From: Chloroflexota bacterium
Lineage (GTDB): Bacteria; Chloroflexota; Dehalococcoidia; JACPEP01
Reading direction: 5' to 3'
Length of the DNA: 64,000 nt
Assembly (NCBI GenBank): GCA_016183425.1
Contig: JACPEP010000014.1
Location: 38,148 to 102,147, forward strand
The translations under genes and the position numbers were made by a program. This document shows, in pieces, positions 17,855-26,703 of the stretch; positions within the stretch are counted from its first letter, which is position 1; each line of letters starts with the position of its first letter. Under the pieces are notes generated by a model. That model was not told the DNA's origin. It worked only from the letters and a program-made list of their open reading frames with translations, and did no database searches.

Positions 17855-19073
17855 CATTCTATTTCATCAATGTGACCTGATATCCGTCATTCAGAACCAA
17901 GAGCGGAGCATGGCTGCAGAGATTGACGCGCTCCCCGAAAGCCGGCTGTTGAATACATCACTTGATGATCTCTGTGATTACTTTGCTCAGAAGTACAGCA
18001 TCGAGCCGCCTGAAATCAGAGAAGCTGATATCCAAGCTGACTATGGCGATGCAAAGATTGATGTGAGCGGGAGGGTTGAGTATGCTGTGTTTGATAGAAG
18101 CAGGCCCACTTACGTGACGGGAACGAAGCTCACCTTCTACGTACCATTCGAAGGTGACGCGAACCTCTTCAAATGTCGACCGTCAACATTCAACTTTAAT
18201 CCTCCAAGGGGGGAAGTAAGGAATGGTGAACTGGTAGTCACATACGAGCGCACGGTCTCGGATGCCCCGCAAATCGAATCCGAGTTCAAGCGAGACTTGC
18301 AAAATCTGAAAGGATACCTTGACTGGATCACGCGAGACGTGGCACCTTTCAATTCTTCTGTGCGTGAAAAGGCCCGGCAACGCATCGAAGCCAGGCGAGA
18401 AAAGTTGCTGAAGGATAGAGGATTGGCAGAGAAGATCGGCTTTCCGCTAAGAAGAAGAGAGGGATCGCCCCAGACATACGTTGCCCCGCAAGTGAAACGG
18501 AAGATTACTCCAAAGCTGCCGCCTGCATCTGGCGCGCCATTTATGCCAGAGCCGACGCTAGATATGCAGGAGTATGAGCACATACTCTCTGTGATATCCA
18601 ACATGGTACAGGTCATGGAGCGCAGCCCTCAGGCGTTTCGCGGGATGAAGGAAGAAGACCTACGGCAACATTTCCTGGTCCAGTTGAACGGGCAATACGA
18701 AGGCCAAGCTACAGGTGAAACGTTCAATTTCGGAGGTAAGACTGACATTCTAGTACGTGTCGAGGGCAAGAATATCTTCATCGCAGAGTGCAAGTTCTGG
18801 GAAGGGCCGAAATCCCTTAATCGGGCCATTGAGCAGTTGCTCGTCTATGCCAGCTGGCGCGACACCAAGACAGCGCTTCTGATATTCAACAGGGGTAGTA
18901 ATTTGTCCACCGTTCTCAGCAAGCTACCTGAAGTTATGAAAGCACATTCGAACTACAAACGTGATCTCCCGTTCAAGTCAGAAACGGGCTTCCGTTATGC
19001 ATTTCATCACCGGGATGACCCAAATCGGGAGCTTATCCTGTCTGTGTTGGCATTCGAGGTGCCCGCATCATGA
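17847..19073 (+). CDS. Hypothetical 408-aa protein with a C-terminal PD-(D/E)xK (restriction-endonuclease-like) nuclease motif. Candidate defence or abortive-infection effector.
   Basis: The start overlaps the hsdS-remnant stop (ATGAATGA). The C-terminal GGKTDILVRVEGKNIFIAECKFWEG matches the D...(E)xK core. The N-terminal approximately 290 aa have no recognisable motif. Low GC. Confidence 0.5.
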   Translation: MNDILFHQCDLISVIQNQERSMAAEIDALPESRLLNTSLDDLCDYFAQKYSIEPPEIREADIQADYGDAKIDVSGRVEYAVFDRSRPTYVTGTKLTFYVPFEGDANLFKCRPSTFNFNPPRGEVRNGELVVTYERTVSDAPQIESEFKRDLQNLKGYLDWITRDVAPFNSSVREKARQRIEARREKLLKDRGLAEKIGFPLRRREGSPQTYVAPQVKRKITPKLPPASGAPFMPEPTLDMQEYEHILSVISNMVQVMERSPQAFRGMKEEDLRQHFLVQLNGQYEGQATGETFNFGGKTDILVRVEGKNIFIAECKFWEGPKSLNRAIEQLLVYASWRDTKTALLIFNRGSNLSTVLSKLPEVMKAHSNYKRDLPFKSETGFRYAFHHRDDPNRELILSVLAFEVPAS

Positions 19074-19327
19074 CTGTCAATGTAAGGAAATACCCTCTCC
19101 ACCACTTGTCCATCATAGTTCCATGGCACGATTCAGGATGGGCGGGCATTGTATGCCAAGCACCCACGTTCAACGACGCGTGTCTAAAGCTGAAGCGTAT
19201 TGCCGACGGCAGAAATGACGTTAATGTCTTGTCCGCCCAACCCTATGTGCAGCCCCCCGGCTTCGCTACCACCCAGGTGGCTGAACCGAAAGCCGTTAGA
19301 GGGCTCAGTCAAATAAGCTTCCCTTGA
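19070..19327 (+). CDS. Hypothetical 85-aa ORF, translationally coupled (ATGA overlap). Possibly a truncated N-terminus at the island edge.
   Basis: ORF only. The start overlaps the upstream stop. It ends exactly where the high-GC flank resumes. Confidence 0.3.
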   Translation: MTVNVRKYPLHHLSIIVPWHDSGWAGIVCQAPTFNDACLKLKRIADGRNDVNVLSAQPYVQPPGFATTQVAEPKAVRGLSQISFP

Positions 19328-19329
19328 AG

Positions 19330-19692
19330 CTAGCCTTGCTTCCTGGACTCTTGGAACCGGGTCTGAAGCTCATCGCTGGCCTTCACGGCGGCCTTCCTCC
19401 CCTCCTCCACGGCCTCCTTCATCAGCTCAGAGCCCTCATCCAAAACTACCTTGCTCTGGGCCAAAAGCTCGTCCGCCCTGGCCCTTGCTTTTGCGCTCAG
19501 CTCCTGGCCCTGCTCTCGGGCAACCGCAGAAAGCTCCTCGGCCAGGTCTTTGAACTCCAACCCCTTCTCCCGTAACTTCTGGCGCGTCTCCTGGCCAGAC
19601 TGGGGCGCTAGTATAAAACCCAGAAAGGCCCCCACCAACCCCCCCAGCACAAAGCCTGTCCAGAAGCCGGCCCCTCCACCGTTACTAGCCAT
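19330..19692 (-). CDS. YtxH-like stress protein
   Basis: MASNGGGAGFWTGFVLGGLVGAFLGFILAP (glycine-zipper TM) followed by a Lys/Glu-rich helical region, typical of the YtxH family. Start set at the internal Met. Confidence 0.55.
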   Translation of the reverse strand: MASNGGGAGFWTGFVLGGLVGAFLGFILAPQSGQETRQKLREKGLEFKDLAEELSAVAREQGQELSAKARARADELLAQSKVVLDEGSELMKEAVEEGRKAAVKASDELQTRFQESRKQG

Positions 19693-19981
19693 GGCTTTTC
19701 CTCCCTTTTCTTCTAGAAAAACCGGCGATAACACCGATGCCTCGGCGCACCCCGGATACGAAGCTGACCCCTTTGATTATAGGCTTGACAACCAGCTCGG
19801 ATACGAAAGATGTTGTCCCCTGTAAGTTTCCCATCGTGCTTTGGCCCAACTCAAGAATCCTTCTCAACCGATCAAAGATGATTAGCGATAGCACTAAAAA
19901 TACGGCCAGGGTAAAAATTCCTAAAATAGCAAAGAGGACTATTGCTAAATCTCTCAATTGAGCTAAGGTCAACGTAAACAC
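19685..19981 (-). CDS. DUF948-like membrane protein
   Basis: N-terminal TM (AIVLFAILGIFTLAVFLVLSLIIF) plus a helical region. Usually found paired with YtxH. Confidence 0.5.
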   Translation of the reverse strand: MFTLTLAQLRDLAIVLFAILGIFTLAVFLVLSLIIFDRLRRILELGQSTMGNLQGTTSFVSELVVKPIIKGVSFVSGVRRGIGVIAGFSRRKGRKSHG

Positions 19982-20065
19982 CCTCCTAAAACGATTATAA
20001 CATCCTATTTCTTTCGGTCAATCCTTCCGTCTGGAGATGTCGCAACATCATATTATCAGTAGAAT

Positions 20066-20074
20066 TGGTATAAT
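20066..20074 (+). promoter_or_regulatory. Extended -10 promoter (TGgTATAAT) upstream of 20162 gene
   Basis: TG 20066-20067 and TATAAT 20069-20074, about 90 nt upstream of the ATG. Confidence 0.3.
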
Positions 20075-20161
20075 AATCTAGATGCCGCTGATGGCTAAAG
20101 GATTGCCAAACCCAAGGCCACAGTCTGTTTGGGATAGAGGCATATAAGGAGCGTACTCAAT

Positions 20162-20800
20162 ATGTCCGAAGAACTGGGAAGGATCGAGAGGCCTTCGGCG
20201 GCGGAGTTCAGAGCCGAAAGAAAGCTGTACTTCGTGCCGCTAGTTTTCTCTCCCCGAGAACCGTCAGACCAGCTTGGGGAACAAATCGACCGCTATTGGG
20301 ATCAGGTGGATGCTCAAGTGGCCAACCTGGAGCGAAAGCTGGCCAGCGTAGATAAAGTGTATCATGAGCTGGTGCCCGTGGGCGGCGAGGACGGCGCTAA
20401 AGCCATGGAGGAGCTAAACAAAGGGAGCTACAAGGTTGCCCAGTCCAGACTGGCTCGAGGGGCCAAGCTCCAGCCCATTGAGGATAGCTATCTGCTAGCA
20501 GAGTTCATGGATTGGAGCCGGTGCCTGGCCGTGGGCTTGCAAACGCCAAAAGTGTGGGAACAGGTCTATGGATTCTATACTGAGGCATTGAAAAAAAGAA
20601 ACGAGTACATAGCCCAGCAGATAGATAAGACCTTGGAAAGCGGCCAGGCCGGAATACTGCTCATGAGGGAAGGCCATCAGGTTCAGTTTTCCCAAGACAT
20701 ACAGGTATTCTATGTTTCTCCACCGGCCTTGGACGAAATCGAGCGCTGGCTGAGAGAGCATTCTGACCAAACAGCGGAGGCCGAGGATGCCCAAAAGTAG
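20162..20800 (+). CDS. Hypothetical protein (212 aa), first gene of the PAC2 operon
   Basis: Clean ORF with protein-like composition. No motif recognised. Confidence 0.5.
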   Translation: MSEELGRIERPSAAEFRAERKLYFVPLVFSPREPSDQLGEQIDRYWDQVDAQVANLERKLASVDKVYHELVPVGGEDGAKAMEELNKGSYKVAQSRLARGAKLQPIEDSYLLAEFMDWSRCLAVGLQTPKVWEQVYGFYTEALKKRNEYIAQQIDKTLESGQAGILLMREGHQVQFSQDIQVFYVSPPALDEIERWLREHSDQTAEAEDAQK

Positions 20801-20814
20801 TGAGGGATAAGGGA

Positions 20815-21732
20815 ATGACCGTCAGGCTTCACACCGAACCTCGGCTGGAAAACCCGGTTCTGGTAGCTGGGTGGCCGGGTATTGGCAACATCGGCATCAT
20901 AGCCGTGGACACTTTAAAAGGGATGACTCAAGCCGAGGAATTCGGGGAGATAGAGCCCTGGGACTTTTTCTACCCGCGGAAGGTTCTCATTAGAGATGGC
21001 GAGTTGAAAGACCTGGAGTTCCCCACCAGCAAGTTTTACTTTAAGCGAACGGCAAATCGGGACTTGATCTTCTTCATCGGAGAGGAGCAGCCCCTGGGAG
21101 GCGGAGGGGTCTACGCCGAGGGGGATAAGGCCTATGAAATGGCCAATCTTGTCCTGGACATCGCCCTGAGATTTGGGTGCCAAAAAGTATACACCTCCGG
21201 AGCCGCCGTTTCCCCTATCCACCACACTATGAAACCTAGGGTATGGGCCGTGCCTAACACGGCCCGCCTCATACCTGAGATAAGAAGATATGAAAACACG
21301 GTGCTTATGTCCGATATCGAAGAGCGAGGCGGACAAGGAACCATCACCGGTTTAAATGGTCTTCTCTTGGGGGTAGCCAGAAAAAGGGGCCTGGAGGCTG
21401 TTTGTTTCATGGGAGAGATACCCATCTACCTCCAGGGATTTCACCTTCCCTATCCCAAGGCGTCAAAGTCGGTGCTGGAGGTATTAACTGCTGCCCTGAG
21501 AATCAGCATCCCGACTACAGAACTTTCAACCTTCATTGAACGTACCGATGGAGAGATTGAGAGGCTATACGAGAATTTCCCCCCGGAAATACGGCAACAG
21601 TTGGAAAAGCTAAGGTATGTCACTCACACCAAGGCCCAGTCTCAGGAGCCGGGCCCCATAACCGAGGAAGACAAAAGGGGAATCCTGGAGAACATTGATA
21701 AGTTCTTCAAGAAGGAACCCAAAGGGGACTGA
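20815..21732 (+). CDS. PAC2 (proteasome assembly chaperone 2-like) family protein, paralog 1
   Basis: NPVLVAGWPGIGNIGIIAVDTL and the later GLNGLLLGVA are typical of the PAC2 family. Confidence 0.55.
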   Translation: MTVRLHTEPRLENPVLVAGWPGIGNIGIIAVDTLKGMTQAEEFGEIEPWDFFYPRKVLIRDGELKDLEFPTSKFYFKRTANRDLIFFIGEEQPLGGGGVYAEGDKAYEMANLVLDIALRFGCQKVYTSGAAVSPIHHTMKPRVWAVPNTARLIPEIRRYENTVLMSDIEERGGQGTITGLNGLLLGVARKRGLEAVCFMGEIPIYLQGFHLPYPKASKSVLEVLTAALRISIPTTELSTFIERTDGEIERLYENFPPEIRQQLEKLRYVTHTKAQSQEPGPITEEDKRGILENIDKFFKKEPKGD

Positions 21733-21735
21733 AAA

Positions 21736-22569
21736 TTGACTGAAAAACATCCCTTTACCATCTATTGGGAACCGCCTTTGCAGAACCCCTCCCTCATCGT
21801 GGGCTGGAGCGAGGATGCCGGCAAACTGGGGTCGAAGGTGGTTGACTACCTGACCCAAAAGCTGCCCGCCAAAGAGCTGGCAGAGATGGAACCAACCAGC
21901 TTTTTCCCCCTCGGGGAAGTCGTCGTAGAAGACGACGTGGCTATGTTCCCCACCAGCAAGTTATATTGCTGCCCGGAAAAGAATCTGGTTATCTTCAAAA
22001 GTAGCCTACCCCGGTCCCAGTGGCATAAGTTCCTAAATGCGGTTCTGGATGTGGTAGGCAACTATGGACACCTCTCAGAGGTCTATACCATTGGCAGCAT
22101 GGTTTCTTTGAGTGCCCACACCGTGCCTCGTCAGTTGTTGGCTGTGGTAAATTCAACAGAAATAAAAAGGGCTTTGAGGAAGTACGAGATAGTCGGGAAC
22201 ATGAACTATGAAACCCCGCCTGGCCAAAGGCCGACCCTAAGCTCTTTTCTCCTATGGGTCGCCAAAAGAAGAAACACACCTGCCGCAAGCCTATGGGTAC
22301 CCATACCTTTTTATCTCGTTTCAACGGAAGACCCCTGGGCTTGTCGAAGAGCCCTTGAGTTTCTTGACCAACGACTCAACCTGAGACTGGATTTCAGAGA
22401 CCTGGACGAAGAAGTAGAGAGACAAGCAGCAAAGATAGCTCAGGCAAGGAGCCATTCTCCCCATGTGGATGCCGGCATCAGGAAGTTAGAAAATAACGAG
22501 GGTGTGACCCACGATGAAAGCGAAAGACTTATCCGGGAAATAGAAGAGTTCCTCAAACAAAAGGATTAA
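21736..22569 (+). CDS. PAC2 family protein, paralog 2
   Basis: NPSLIVGWSEDAGKLGSKVVDYL is the same N-terminal motif as paralog 1. The two are tandemly arranged. Confidence 0.55.
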   Translation: MTEKHPFTIYWEPPLQNPSLIVGWSEDAGKLGSKVVDYLTQKLPAKELAEMEPTSFFPLGEVVVEDDVAMFPTSKLYCCPEKNLVIFKSSLPRSQWHKFLNAVLDVVGNYGHLSEVYTIGSMVSLSAHTVPRQLLAVVNSTEIKRALRKYEIVGNMNYETPPGQRPTLSSFLLWVAKRRNTPAASLWVPIPFYLVSTEDPWACRRALEFLDQRLNLRLDFRDLDEEVERQAAKIAQARSHSPHVDAGIRKLENNEGVTHDESERLIREIEEFLKQKD

Positions 22570-22595
22570 AGTTATGCCTATCCCAAACTTGATAT

Positions 22596-24107
22596 GTGTC
22601 CTTTCTTGCGAGAGCTGCTTTGCATGAGCACCCATTAGAAACCAGGCACAATAAAACAGCCTGCTTTCTCCTTGTACTATTGCTGGCCGTTTCCTGTGCC
22701 TCTGGGGAAGACATCCCCCCACCCAGCTCCGGTCTAGCCCTCGGTTCTGGTGCCACCGCCAACGGTTCCGTCAGCACCCCTCCCTTTCCTATTATCACCC
22801 AGCCCCCAATGGCCAATATTGTCAGTCCCCCAATGGCCAAGCCCAACATCATCTTTATCACCATTGACAGCCTGCGCGCCGATGCCCTGGGCGCTTACGG
22901 AAACAACCGAGCCCAAACACCCCACCTGGATGCCCTGGCCAAACAAGGGGTACGTTTTGGCCTGGACATAACGCAGTACCCGCAAACTGACTATTCTCAT
23001 GCCGCCATGTTTACCGGTGCCTCTCCGGCCTCCATTAAAGATACATATCGTACCCCCTATGTACTTAATAGCTCCGATGTACCTACAAAACCTATGACCA
23101 CTTTGGCCGAGATACTAGCTGGCCAAGGATACACCACCGCCGGTATCTATAGCTACGTTGGCCTCACACCGGAACTATCTGGGCTGAACCGAGGCTTCAT
23201 GACTTACCAGTTTGCTTGCCTACCGGCGCCTGAGCAAAAATACCTGGAGCGCCTGTGTGACGGGCGAGCCAATATCACCACCGATGCTGCCCTACAATGG
23301 GTGAAAGATAAGGCGGCGACGCCCTATTTTCTCTGGGTCCATTACCAGGACCCCCACTATCCCTACACGCCGCCTCCACCTTTTGACACCATGTACGGCC
23401 CTCCCTGCCCAGATTGCGTCGATGGCAGCTACGAAACCATCGACCGATTAGGCGCCGGCGAGCCAATCTCGGAATCCAATATCGCCCGCCTGGTGGACCT
23501 TTACTACGGAGAAACCTCCTTTACTGACCAGGAAATAGGCAGACTTTTAGAAAATATTGGAAATGCTCGACTCCTCGACAACACCCTGGTCATCGTCACC
23601 GCCGACCACGGCGAAAGCTTCAATGAACACGGACTCTGGTTTCACCCTGGAATTCTGTACAACCCTGTGGCACGAGTTCCCCTTATTATCAGCTATCCAG
23701 AGACGATACCCGGTGGCTCAGTGGTAGACGCTCTGGTACGCAGCATAGATATTATGCTCACCATTCTTGAGTTGGTGAACATCCCTCCGCCAGAGCAAGC
23801 CGAGGGTAAAAGCCTCTGGCCCCTTATCCTGGGGCTGGAGCAAGAATCAGAAAGGGTAGCTATACTAGAAGAGCGGGACGATAACTGGGTAGCCCTGATC
23901 ACCAAAAACTGGAAATTGATAAGAAACAATGTTACGGGAGGATTGGAGCTTTACGACATGATTATGGATTACGATGAAAGTAACAACCTGGCCTCGATTA
24001 ATCTAGAACAGGCCCTGCAGATGGAGTGGGAGCTTATATCTTGGATGAATAGCCACGGCATCACCGTCCAGCGAGGGCCATTGGCACCCATGGATAGCGT
24101 GCCCTAA
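22596..24107 (+). CDS. Sulfatase-like / alkaline-phosphatase-superfamily lipoprotein (not a formylglycine sulfatase)
   Basis: Lipobox LLLAVSC. The metal-binding N-terminus reads IIFITIDSLRADALGAYG, with no C/S-x-P-x-R. Later motifs are TADHGESFNEHG and YDPH-like. Confidence 0.75.
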   Translation: MSFLARAALHEHPLETRHNKTACFLLVLLLAVSCASGEDIPPPSSGLALGSGATANGSVSTPPFPIITQPPMANIVSPPMAKPNIIFITIDSLRADALGAYGNNRAQTPHLDALAKQGVRFGLDITQYPQTDYSHAAMFTGASPASIKDTYRTPYVLNSSDVPTKPMTTLAEILAGQGYTTAGIYSYVGLTPELSGLNRGFMTYQFACLPAPEQKYLERLCDGRANITTDAALQWVKDKAATPYFLWVHYQDPHYPYTPPPPFDTMYGPPCPDCVDGSYETIDRLGAGEPISESNIARLVDLYYGETSFTDQEIGRLLENIGNARLLDNTLVIVTADHGESFNEHGLWFHPGILYNPVARVPLIISYPETIPGGSVVDALVRSIDIMLTILELVNIPPPEQAEGKSLWPLILGLEQESERVAILEERDDNWVALITKNWKLIRNNVTGGLELYDMIMDYDESNNLASINLEQALQMEWELISWMNSHGITVQRGPLAPMDSVP

Positions 24108-24115
24108 AACACGCC

Positions 24116-25258
24116 ATGAAGAAAATCCTCATCGTCACGGCATCAACGGGCGCTGGCCACAATTCTGTAGCCAGCAGTATACGTCAGGCCCTAGACCAAC
24201 AGGGGAACGGCCAGGTGACCGTAGATGTCGTCGATTTCCTGGCTCAGGAGACCTGGATTTGCAAACCGCTACTACTCTATGCCTCAATTATCGTTAGCTA
24301 TCCCTGGCTGTGGGGAGTAATCTACAGCCTTAGCAACAATGGCCACTTTTGCCGTTTTTTTCGCGCCCTGGTTAGCAAAATTAGCAGCAATCCCATGGCC
24401 CATCTGTTGCAGCGCCATGCCCCCACCGCCCTCATCTGCGTCCATCCTCTCTGCAACCAGATAATTGCTGAGAGTTTGAAAAGGACAAGGCTTCCCACAC
24501 TATTGATTACCGTGGTTACTGACCTGGATGAAGCCCACACCGCCTGGATCGCCCCGGAGGTGAGCTTATACATAGCACCCACCGAGGAGGTCCGTGACAG
24601 CCTTCGGGCCAGAGGCATCCCTCCCCAGTGCATCAGCCTCCTGGGGCTACCTGTAGATGGACGCTTCTACAGAGACAGGCCCGACAGTAGCCAGACAGGT
24701 CAGATTGCCGAGCAGAAGGACGCCCTAACATTGTTTCTTACTGGCGGCGGCGAGGGAGCGGGCGCCATCCTTCCGGCAGCACAGGCTATTTCCAGAGCCC
24801 AATTGCCGGTACGCCTTATCGTCGCCTGTGGGCGCAATGATGCATTGCGTCAGAAACTGGAGCGAAGCTCCCTCACGGTGCCCTGCCGGGTGCTTGGTTT
24901 CCAGGACAACATACATCTGTTGATGGAGGCTGTTGATGTGGTCATTGGCAAAGCCGGGGCCGTGACCATTGGCGAAGCAATCGTTGCTCAGAAACCCCTC
25001 ATCATACTGTCCCCCCTCCCCGGGCAGGAGCGAGGCAACGTGGAATTTGTGATCCGCCATGGCTTAGGCTTGGCGGTAAAAAGGACCGCCCAATTAATTA
25101 GGGTTTTGAAGCACTGGATAGCTAATTCTGGGGAAATGGAGGAGCTAGTGGTACGAGCAAAAGAGTTCCGTCACGAGTGGTCGCAAGCAGGCCCTCAGGC
25201 AGCCCGCGCCATCCTGTCTCTGATAGAAAGTGGGGAGACCACCCCACACCGACGATGA
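24116..25258 (+). CDS. GT28-family glycosyltransferase (MGDG synthase / diacylglycerol glycosyltransferase-like)
   Basis: MKKILIVTASTGAGHNSVASSI is the hallmark N-terminus of MGDG synthase/UgtP-like enzymes. C-terminal G-loop GKAGAVTIGEA. Confidence 0.7.
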   Translation: MKKILIVTASTGAGHNSVASSIRQALDQQGNGQVTVDVVDFLAQETWICKPLLLYASIIVSYPWLWGVIYSLSNNGHFCRFFRALVSKISSNPMAHLLQRHAPTALICVHPLCNQIIAESLKRTRLPTLLITVVTDLDEAHTAWIAPEVSLYIAPTEEVRDSLRARGIPPQCISLLGLPVDGRFYRDRPDSSQTGQIAEQKDALTLFLTGGGEGAGAILPAAQAISRAQLPVRLIVACGRNDALRQKLERSSLTVPCRVLGFQDNIHLLMEAVDVVIGKAGAVTIGEAIVAQKPLIILSPLPGQERGNVEFVIRHGLGLAVKRTAQLIRVLKHWIANSGEMEELVVRAKEFRHEWSQAGPQAARAILSLIESGETTPHRR

Positions 25259-26703
25259 ACCGACCCGAAACTGCTAACCGCCCCCCCGTTCTTTGGCGAG
25301 ATGTATTGCTCACCCTGATCGTCCTGCCCCTTGCCCTGGGGGCGGTTCTAGGCATCTCCCTCCTTCTCGGCCTGTTATCGATGAATGTACCGCCCTGGTT
25401 GCTGGACGGGGACATTCGGCTATACCGAGCCGCGATGTCCTTCAACAGTCCGCCCCTCACCAACCTGATCTTTACCTTTTTCAATGACCCGGGCCTGGAT
25501 TACACGGTGGTGGTGGCTGCTTGTTTAGGCTACACATGGCTGAAGCGTCGCCACTACATGGCGGCCGCTGGAGTTGCCCTCGCCCTGACCCTAGTGGTGG
25601 GCGCTTCCACCACTTCTTACACCCAGTGGTTTGGCTTCCGCCCCCGACCATTCATCATAGTTCCAGACGCACCCGTCAACCCAGAGTGGTATGCTATCTG
25701 GGCCCAAATCCCCACCTTTCCCAGCGGCCATATTCGCGAGTTGACCGGTCTTTGCGTGGTACTAGTCTATTTCTGGCGTCAAGGGCTATGGTTTGCCTTG
25801 CCCTACCTGGCCTTTATCGCCTCTAGCCGTGTTTACCTGGGGGCCCATTTTCCCACTGATGTGGGAGCGGCGATACTCATCGGCTTAATGGCGGGAGCCT
25901 TCAGCGTATTTAGTGTCAGACAGATAAGCAGGGTTGTTCTTGCCTTAAGAGAAACAAGGATCACAAGAAGAGCTTACGACTATGTGTTCATATCCAGGAT
26001 TGCGAATCAACCGGCCGCGGACCCCCTTCTCGCCCGAGCCCTCCGCTCCGGGCTGGCTTTAGGTCTCCTCCTGGGCGCAACCTACGTCATGGGCTCGGTA
26101 CTTCACACAAAAACCCCGCGCATCCTGGCCGACTACCTTCTCAATACCAACAATAGTCTGGCATACCCCATACTGGAGCGCTTTGGCATTGTCCCCGCCC
26201 AAATAGTTTACTGGCTTTTCGCCGATGCTACCAAGACCTACCCTGCCTTAATCGCCCTTATTCTGGGCTATAGCGCCCTTCGCGGAAGGCGGCTTTTAGG
26301 AAACGCCGCCCTTATTCTCATCCTAACCTTTGTTACCGCTCAAATAGTGATGGCTTTCCTCGCGCCCTATTTCCAACAGCCCCGGCCCATGAGCACCGGA
26401 GCGGTTGTGATGCCTCAAGTCTGGCAAAGCCAGTGGCCGGGGCCAAGCTCCCTCCCGGATGGATACCTGATGACGTTGACAGCACTTAGCCTGATTCTAG
26501 CAAGCCTTTGGCCAAGATTACGCATCCCCGCCTATCTCTATCCTCTTCTGGCGTTCGTAAGCCTACTGTACTTCGGAGCTGCTTGGCCGACAGATGCAGC
26601 GGCTACCCTAATTGTAGGCTACTGGGTGGCAAAATACGCCCTTTTCCTATCGCGACAGATCCCCTGGCTGGGAGCTAAGGAACAAACACACGCAAAGACT
26701 TAG
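25255..26703 (+). CDS. PAP2 (phosphatidic acid phosphatase type 2) family membrane protein with a long C-terminal polytopic extension
   Basis: PAP2 motifs FRPRP, PSGH and SRVYLGAHFPTDV. The ATG overlaps the upstream stop (ATGA). Confidence 0.75.
   Translation: MNRPETANRPPVLWRDVLLTLIVLPLALGAVLGISLLLGLLSMNVPPWLLDGDIRLYRAAMSFNSPPLTNLIFTFFNDPGLDYTVVVAACLGYTWLKRRHYMAAAGVALALTLVVGASTTSYTQWFGFRPRPFIIVPDAPVNPEWYAIWAQIPTFPSGHIRELTGLCVVLVYFWRQGLWFALPYLAFIASSRVYLGAHFPTDVGAAILIGLMAGAFSVFSVRQISRVVLALRETRITRRAYDYVFISRIANQPAADPLLARALRSGLALGLLLGATYVMGSVLHTKTPRILADYLLNTNNSLAYPILERFGIVPAQIVYWLFADATKTYPALIALILGYSALRGRRLLGNAALILILTFVTAQIVMAFLAPYFQQPRPMSTGAVVMPQVWQSQWPGPSSLPDGYLMTLTALSLILASLWPRLRIPAYLYPLLAFVSLLYFGAAWPTDAAATLIVGYWVAKYALFLSRQIPWLGAKEQTHAKT

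Larger units (their letters stand above)
16986..19329. mobile_element. Putative low-GC genomic island inserted next to the tRNA-Ser genes. No integrase or att repeat was seen.
   Basis: GC drops to about 45-48% against about 60% in the flanks. Content is PfpI, an hsdS remnant and a PD-(D/E)xK-domain protein. The right edge coincides with the end of an 85-aa ORF abutting a high-GC gene. Confidence 0.35.

Noticed and set aside
19270-19340. att-like direct repeat of the tRNA-Ser 3' end at the right edge of the low-GC island
   Set aside because: No 15-nt or longer match to the tRNA 3' end is visible there. The island boundary is inferred from composition only.
22596-24107. Calling the AP-superfamily lipoprotein an arylsulfatase
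   Set aside because: It lacks the C/S-x-P-x-R formylglycine motif (it has DSLRAD). It is better described as a sulfatase-like hydrolase/transferase of unknown specificity.
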